Below are positions 56,380 to 64,000 of a stretch of 64,000 nt of DNA, piece by piece; the stretch's first letter is position 1, and each line of letters opens with the position of its first letter. The translations under genes and the position numbers were made by a program. A model generated the notes under the pieces. It saw only the letters and a program-made list of their open reading frames with translations. It ran no database searches and was not told the DNA's origin. The DNA is from the human T2T-CHM13v2.0 reference genome, Homo sapiens: the NCBI RefSeq assembly GCF_009914755.1, contig NC_060925.1; one strand, given 5' to 3'.

Positions 56380-56830
56380 GTGGGCATCATCGCATGGCTG
56401 GGAGTTCATGACCTGGGTTAAGCCACTCACTAGTTTTGTGATTTGGGGCAAGCTGACCTTCTTCTGCTGGGAGGAAGGGAGTTGTACACTTCTTTTTTCT
56501 ATTATCTCTTTGTGCCTCCGTCGTCTCATCCGTGAAATGGGGATAATGATTGAGCCTCCTTGTAGAGTTGTTGAGAAGGTTCAATGAGGCAATGCGTGTA
56601 AGTCATTTGTAACAGTCACTGGCAAACAGCAAATGTCTCAAAGCTTTTCACCTACATGAGTTTTGTTGAGGTTGGTGTCTCTTGGTCTCAATCTCTTCTA
56701 AGAAATGGAGCTAATAATAGTTGATGTTACAAAAGCCCTGTGCTGAAGACTAAATGAGGCAATGTATGTGAAGCTCTTGGTGTAGATCTAGGACATAGCA
56801 ATTGTTCAATAAGCATCAGTCATGTTGTCA
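56380..56830 (+). mobile_element. Two tandem MIR relics
   Basis: ctcatccgtgaaatggggataatg...aatgaggcaatgcgtgtaag; second aaatgaggcaatgtatgtgaagctc. Confidence 0.7.
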
Positions 56831-57819
56831 CTACCAAGAGTGCTGATGCCAACTTCCAGTGCCCCTGGATAGGAAAGTACTGACCTGACCCCTTACTTCA
56901 AAGGGCTGTGGTTATATCCCAATTCAGTTAAGTGAGCCACGAATTTGAGAAGAAAGTTTTGCAAACATCAGAATGGTCTCCTAAACTCTGTAAGAAAAAG
57001 ACCACAAAGTAATCAAAAGGTACATGTTCTAGTCTCTGCTCTGACTCTAATTTGCTGTTCTGCCACAGGCAAGTCACTCTAGTCTCTGGGCTTCTGTTTC
57101 CTGCTATTAAAGACCCTATCAAGGGTGATAAATAAACGTGGTCCACATGCTATTGCTTCCCGCAGCAGACATTACTAATTGATCCCAGAACTCACATCCA
57201 CTGAGACCTGTTTCAGCCTCAGACTCCTTCTCAACACAGTGCTATGGGCAGCAACTAGCAATCAACTGCAATTGACTAGGGAGTTGAAACCAATTTGATG
57301 TTCCAGGTGGAAATCTCAATTCTGTTACAAGCCTTTCTCCCATACTACCATAAACACAGGCAAATAGGCTAAGATTTCTTTTTAAAATTCTGCATCAGTT
57401 ATAGCCACCGAATGTTTTTACTAGGCCAGGTGCTGAGAACACCCTCAATGGAGCAAAAAGCATTCTTAAGCCACTCTTAAACCTCCTTCAGGAGAGGGCT
57501 TCAGTTCCACACAAGGAGGCAAATGAGAATCAAGGAATTAGTTGCATGGGGAAGCAACAGACACATCAAAAGAGAACCATGATGCAGCTTGCTCCTCTGG
57601 CTCGGCCTGTGGTTACAGGAGGAAGGCAGGCTACAGGGCAGAGGAGTATTCCCAGTAGGTTGGTTTTTCTGCACAGGGGCCCTTCTGTCATGGTGCTCAG
57701 GACCTGTGCGTCCTCACACAGGCACCAGGCCTCCCATTCAGATTGAAAGCTAACAGACTTGCCCAGTCCTCTCCATTTCCTGCCTCTCCTGGGAGCCATT
57801 CTCCTTGGCCCATCCTAAG

Positions 57820-58235
57820 GGGTCTTGGGAGTCGTATCACCTCTCTGGGCCTCAGTTTCCTCATTTGTCAAGCAGTGAGAGTAATAATGCCTCCTTCTTC
57901 ATGCCTACCTTCCTCATGGGCCATTGTAAGGACCCAAATGAGGTCATAGTTCTGTATCTTGTTTTTGGTTGGTGGTTACACAAATCTATACATGGGGTAA
58001 AATGACGTAGAACAAAGACATACCCATGACCAAAAAAAAGGTGGGGGGTGCATGCAAAAACCAGTGACATCTGAGATACTCCACCAATGTCACTTTCTTG
58101 GTTTTGATACTGTGGTAATGTAAGATGCGGCCATTGTGAGAAGCTGGGTAACGGGCACAGGGTACCTCTCTGGGCTATTTTGGCAACTTCATGTGAACAT
58201 ATTATTTCATAATGAAAGTTTTTTTAAAAAAAATG
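57820..58235 (+). mobile_element. MIR core followed by old L1 (L1MC/ME) 3' end
   Basis: ctctctgggcctcagtttcctcatttg; ttttggcaacttcatgtgaacatatt. Confidence 0.65.
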
Positions 58236-59419
58236 AGAGCCTTGAAAATGCATCAGACAATTTTGAGACAGTATTCATGGGGTGCGGCCACAGACATGGA
58301 CTCCTCTGCCTCATTCCCAAGAATTCAGGATATCAATAAAGGAGAGCAGCCACGGCTCCTGAATTTCCACAGCACTGTGGGCTGAATAGGTCACCCCATC
58401 CTGCAAGCCAATTTTTTACCTGACTTAACGGAAACGAAGTTTTACGTGCTCCCTATTCCAGGTACGAACACTGAGGCTTCAGTCAGCAGGAAAATATGCC
58501 TAGGAGTGCTCATAACTTGCCATCTTTTTTCTTTCAAATTCATAATCTGGGATGCTCATTAGCTTTCTGTTTCAGAAATAATTTCTTCTTTGATTTTTGT
58601 ACATGACAAGTTTCTTTTCTAAAAAAAAAAAAAAGACCTTTAAAACCCATTTGTCTTCCATTTTCTCTACATAGCCTGAGGACCTGAAAGAACTGATTAA
58701 TTCCTAGACTTGTTAATTACTCTTGCATGGAAGCAAACCTCTAAACTCTAATCTCCTGAAGATGGCTCACATTTGAGCCCTGTGCTGCTAGTCAGGCGGT
58801 AGGCAGGAGTGTCTATGCTTTAGAAAACACATGATTTCAGGGATCAGTTTGGGAGGGTTCTCCCATCATGAGGCTATCACCAGAAATACGCAACAGATTC
58901 TGCTGGGTGAGTGTCAATGGCCAGATCCAGTGTAACCCCTGATGTTCCATTTGTGCTCCCACCTACAAGTGAGCAAGGGCTGATCACTGTAGGGCTCAGA
59001 GTGGGAGATGGAGAATGGTTCCCTTGTTACGTGGCGACGTCATTTATAACATGACCTAGACTCTGGGCCTCCTTCCTTTGGAGAGGAGATGGGAGGCTTT
59101 GAGTATGTTCTTGTCTGTTTTGATTTTTTTAAAAAGCTTTATTGCCTAGGGGAAATCATAAATCATACATGCTCATTTTATGTTCACCCTAAATTCCACC
59201 ACCTAAGGATGATCGCCATTAACACTTTGGTGAGCTTCCCCTAGATCTTTCCAGGCCTTTAATTACATGTGGATGTTATGTATACATGTGTACTTAATAC
59301 GTACATGTGAATTGAATGTGTACTTGCATGCTGTTCTGTAACCTGCTTTTTCATTCACGTTGTTAGAGGCAAGACAGTTACCTTCCTTGTCATTGAATTC
59401 TACCCTTCTTTCATCACCA

Positions 59420-59690
59420 TCTAACTTGTAGCTAACATATCTGTAGCACTTACTCAGCGCTAGGCATTATCCACAGAACTTCTCATAGCTTACCTCGTTA
59501 AAGCCTCATAACACCCTGACAAGGTAGGCACTATGACTGTCCCTGTTTTATTGCAGAGAATACTAAGACACAGTAAGACCTTGGGTAGGACCTTGGTAAG
59601 AGACTTGCCCAAGGTCATACCTCCAGGGCTTGGACTTGAATCAGGCATCCTGGCACTAAGGTCTTTGCTCTTAACTGCTGGGCTACAACT
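59420..59690 (-). mobile_element. MIR
   Basis: cctcataacaccctgacaaggtaggcactat...gacttgcccaaggtcatac...ggacttgaatcaggc. Confidence 0.75.
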
Positions 59691-59899
59691 GGTGTTCAAC
59701 CCTGAGTCCAGGGGTTGCTGAGCTCCTCTGGCTATGGAATGGCAAATGCTTGTCACAGGGAGCACCGTTTCTCCTTCATGTTTCCAAAACAGGCATCACT
59801 AGTGATCACAGCACCTTTTCCCAACAGTCCTAGACTGGCATAGGATCCTTCCCTATAGATATGCCATCACAGGCAGCCACTGCTGAGCCTTTGGGATGG

Positions 59900-60300
59900 T
59901 GTCTCAGTCTGTTTTGTATTGCTATAAAGGAATATGTGAGGCTAGGTAATTTAAGAAGAAAAAAAGTTTTATTTGGCTCACCCTTCTGCGTAATGTACAA
60001 GAAGCATGGTGCCAGCGCTTGCTTCTGGTGAGGGCCTCGGGCTGCTTCCACTCATGGCAGAAGGTGAAAGGGAGCTGGTGTGTGCAAAGATCACATGGTG
60101 AGAAAGGAAGCAAGAGAGAGAGGTGAGGTGTCAGGCTCGTTTTAACAACCAGCTTTTGTGGGAACTAACAGAGTGAGAATTAATCTATTCATGAAGAATC
60201 TGCCCCTATGACCCAAACATCTTCCATTAGGCCCACCTCTAATATTAGGGATCCAACTTTAACATGAGGTTCAGAAGGGACAAGTATTCAAACCATAGCA
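59900..60300 (-). mobile_element. MSTB-like MaLR solo LTR
   Basis: tgtctcagtctgttttgtattgctataaaggaata...caaaccatagca; degenerate TSD gatgg / gacga. Confidence 0.88.
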
Positions 60301-60421
60301 GACGAGTCTGTGAGATGATGCCGATATGCCTTCCCTGATCCATCTAATGCCGTTCTCTCCTTCTGCGCATAAGGAAACAGGCCCCAAGAGGGAACTGACT
60401 TGTCTAAGTGAAGGGCAGAGC

Positions 60422-60792
60422 TGTCTTCATCCATTTGTGCTACAAAACAAAATACCTGAGACTGGGCAATTTAGAAAACATGGAAATTTATCTCTCATAG
60501 CTCTGGAGGCTGGGAAGTCCAAGATCAAGACACCAGCAGATTCAACGTCTGGTGAGGCTGCTCTCTACTTCCAAGATAGCGCCTTCTTGCTATGTCCTCA
60601 CATGGTGGAAGGACAAAAAGAGCCTAGTCAGTTCCCTGGAGCCCTTTCATAAGGGTACCAATCCCATTCATGAGGGCAGACCCCTCATGACTGAATCACT
60701 TCCTAAAGGCCTACTCTTAATACTATCACATTGGCAATTAAGTTTCAACATAGGAATTTGGTGGGGAGGGGGGACACATTCAGACCATAGCA
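60422..60792 (-). mobile_element. MSTC/MSTD-like MaLR solo LTR
   Basis: tgtcttcatccatttgtgct...cagaccatagca; perfect TSD agagc. Confidence 0.88.
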
Positions 60793-61224
60793 AGAGCCAA
60801 AACCAGCGCTTAGTTTTATTAATCACAAAGCCCATCCTTTTTCCACCACCACACCACTGTCTGTTCAAATCTAACAAAACAAACACCAGCTACCATTGGA
60901 GACACACTCTGATCAGTTTCAGTGCAGCCCAGCTGTGCATTTGGACCACTCAGAGGTAACCAGAGAGCTTGGCATTGAGGATGGACCACAAAGGATCATT
61001 TTATCTCAATGCACTTTGTAGAAGATGTTGCCAAATACTGAAGAGTGCATTGGTGACATCAGTGCTTTTAATTTATACAGTGGTCACAGCTCAGGGGTCA
61101 GCAAATCGTGGTTGAGGTCAATTGCCGACTGTTTACTGAGAGGATCCATCATTGGAGGGCACTGAGGGAGCTCCAGGAAGCATGCCTTCATGCAACAAGC
61201 ATGCATTGAGCACCTCCTGTTTAT

Positions 61225-61316
61225 TTTTCAAATTTATTATTATTTTTAAATTTATTTTTCTTTCAATAGGTTTTTAGGAAGCAGGCGGTATTTGGTTATA
61301 TAAATAAGTTCTTTAG
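61225..61316 (-). mobile_element. Extremely 5'-truncated L1 (L1PB-like 3' terminus)
   Basis: T-rich tail plus tttcaataggtttttaggaagcaggcggtatttggttatataaataagttctttag; perfect 18-bp TSD tgagcacctcctgtttat. Confidence 0.85.
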
Positions 61317-61464
61317 TGAGCACCTCCTGTTTATGAGGAGAAACTAGGTTTACAAATGAGACAGTGACAAATGCCACAAGGTGACACTGGTGGGGTTTTA
61401 TCTGGGGAGGATGCTTCTTTCCATTCCCAGTTTGGTTTCAACTGAGAATTTAAAACATGAGAGA

Positions 61465-61630
61465 GGCTGGGTGCATTGGGCTCACACCTATAATCCCAAC
61501 ACTTTGGGAGGCTGAGGCTTGCATATTGCTTGAGCCCAGGAGTTTGAGACCAGCATGGGCAACATAGTGAGACCCCACCTCTAATTATTTTTTTTACTTA
61601 AAATTAAAAAAAAATAAAATAAAATAAAAC
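61465..61630 (+). mobile_element. FLAM/Alu left monomer
   Basis: ggctgggtgcattgggctcacacc...gagaccccacctct then A-rich tail. Confidence 0.85.
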
Positions 61631-61850
61631 ACAGGAGAAAAATGGAGATCACAATCATTACCAATTGAACTGAATGGAAACAAACTTAGTTTGGGGCCAA
61701 TTCTTCACCCCAGGGGCAGGCAGAGCTGAAGGACTGCAGGCCCCTAGCCCTCCACCCATAGAGGCTACATCTTTCCCTGCACTCACCTCTAGGGAGGGAA
61801 CACACTAGAATGCATATGCCCAGTGGGCAAGCAGGCCTGTTTCCTTCTGC

Positions 61851-61951
61851 AGCTCTGGAGGCTGCGAAGTCCAAGATCAAGACTCCAGCAGATTCAGTGT
61901 CTGGTGAGGCTGTTCTCTGCTTCCAAGATAGCGTCTTCTTGCTGTGTCCTC
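61851..61951 (-). repeat. 101-bp local copy of part of the MST LTR at 60499-60599
   Basis: 93/101 identical, no indels, same orientation, offset 1352 bp. Confidence 0.85.
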
Positions 61952-62310
61952 CTCCTCCTTCTCCTGAGACAGGAGTGAGTGAAGGGGAAGAGGGTGCCGC
62001 AAATGTGGGTGACCAGAGCTTCCTCTATGGGACACTTGGCTAGGACTTGGAGGTTCTTTCCCTAACCAGCCTGTGACCAATCGAAGTAGGCTGTGTACAT
62101 TTCAGAGAGGGAGATCCATGTGGGCTCCAGCCACGGGGAAGAGTTCTTGGCAGAGACCCCCTGATCTGAGTGCTAAGAGTTGGGTGGGTTGGGGTGGACA
62201 GCTGCAGGGCCCACCCTGGGCTTTCTGCCCAGGGTGCTTTGGGAGAAAGACAATGATTTATGTGGGATACAGTGGGGAGGCCAGTGGAGGGATTTTGTTG
62301 CACATAATCA

Positions 62311-62658
<348 letters not shown>

Positions 62659-62789
62659 TTAAAAAATTCAAATTCATTAATCCAGATTTTTTTATAGTCA
62701 CGTTGTTCGATGATGTTTGTGGCTGAGGTTCATGCTTCCTAACATGGGAAAATGTGTTCTCATGCAAGGAGAGGGAGAGAAAAGTGTGC

Positions 62790-63313
<524 letters not shown>

Positions 63314-64000
63314 CTATTGCCATGCTTGTCCCTAAATTCCCTTTCACCTGTCTCCCTGCCCTTTGCTGCCCCTGACCCCACTCCACCCCAGAGGATTTTT
63401 ATATGAGGTACAGTCCTAACTCTGGTGGGGAAATGTCTATGAAAGCTTTACTGTAAAAAATATATAAATCTTAAAAGTCAACCTATATGTCGTGTGGTTG
63501 TAGATTTTTTTTAAAGGAAGGAGGAGAACAGCGCTCCTGGGAAGTTACGATCTCCAGAAGCAACTAACATTCATTACAAGGAAGGTCTCAGCGCTGATTC
63601 CCACAAGTGGCAGAGAAGAAAATGAGATGCAGGCTCTGGATTTGCATAATCGCCGACTGTTTCCTGCTCATTTGCCACTTTGCAGGGGTTCAGTGTGGAG
63701 GGCAGCCCCTTCCTGGCCTGGACACCCTCTGTGCCCAGGGCTCCACGGGGTCCCTCTTGGAATGGTGCTTTAATGATCACTCAGATGGCATTTAGCCTCC
63801 AATTAAGAGCCGGGAAGAAAAGCACTGGCCAAGTGGAGTGAACATTCCGGGGAATTCACCCACTTAGGAGAAACCTGGAGAATTAGCAGGCACACAAAGC
63901 CACCTCTTGACTGGAAGCAGATGCCTTGAAGTCTCCCAGACGCCCCACAGGCTGCAAAGGAAGTTGGCCACAGAGCTGACCTGTGTCTAGAATGGTACCA

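Overview
Primate (human-like) euchromatic, repeat-rich non-coding DNA, either intergenic or a large intron. I found no intact protein-coding gene, RNA gene, CRISPR array or clear CpG island, and I cannot name the locus. The only recognisable gene-derived sequence is a minus-strand processed pseudogene of tubulin-folding cofactor A (TBCA) at ~1-700. It carries a 164-nt Tigger2-like DNA-transposon segment exactly at the exon 1/exon 2 junction. This looks like a retro-copied fossil of an alternatively spliced TBCA mRNA with a transposon-derived exon. That exon stops the normal frame and offers an in-frame transposase-derived ATG. The rest of the window is about 29 Alu segments, many MIR/L2 relics, old L1 fragments, MaLR/ERVL LTRs (THE1 x2, MST x2, MLT1 x5+, LTR33) and hAT DNA elements (MER1A x2, MER5 x5, MER20, MER58B, MER63, Charlie4a), often nested with readable target-site duplications (TSDs). 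Unique stretches between them contain candidate enhancers and candidate non-coding exons. Repeat subfamily names come from recalled consensus sequences. Boundaries without a TSD are approximate. Nearly all ORFs in the supplied track are repeat-derived or chance.
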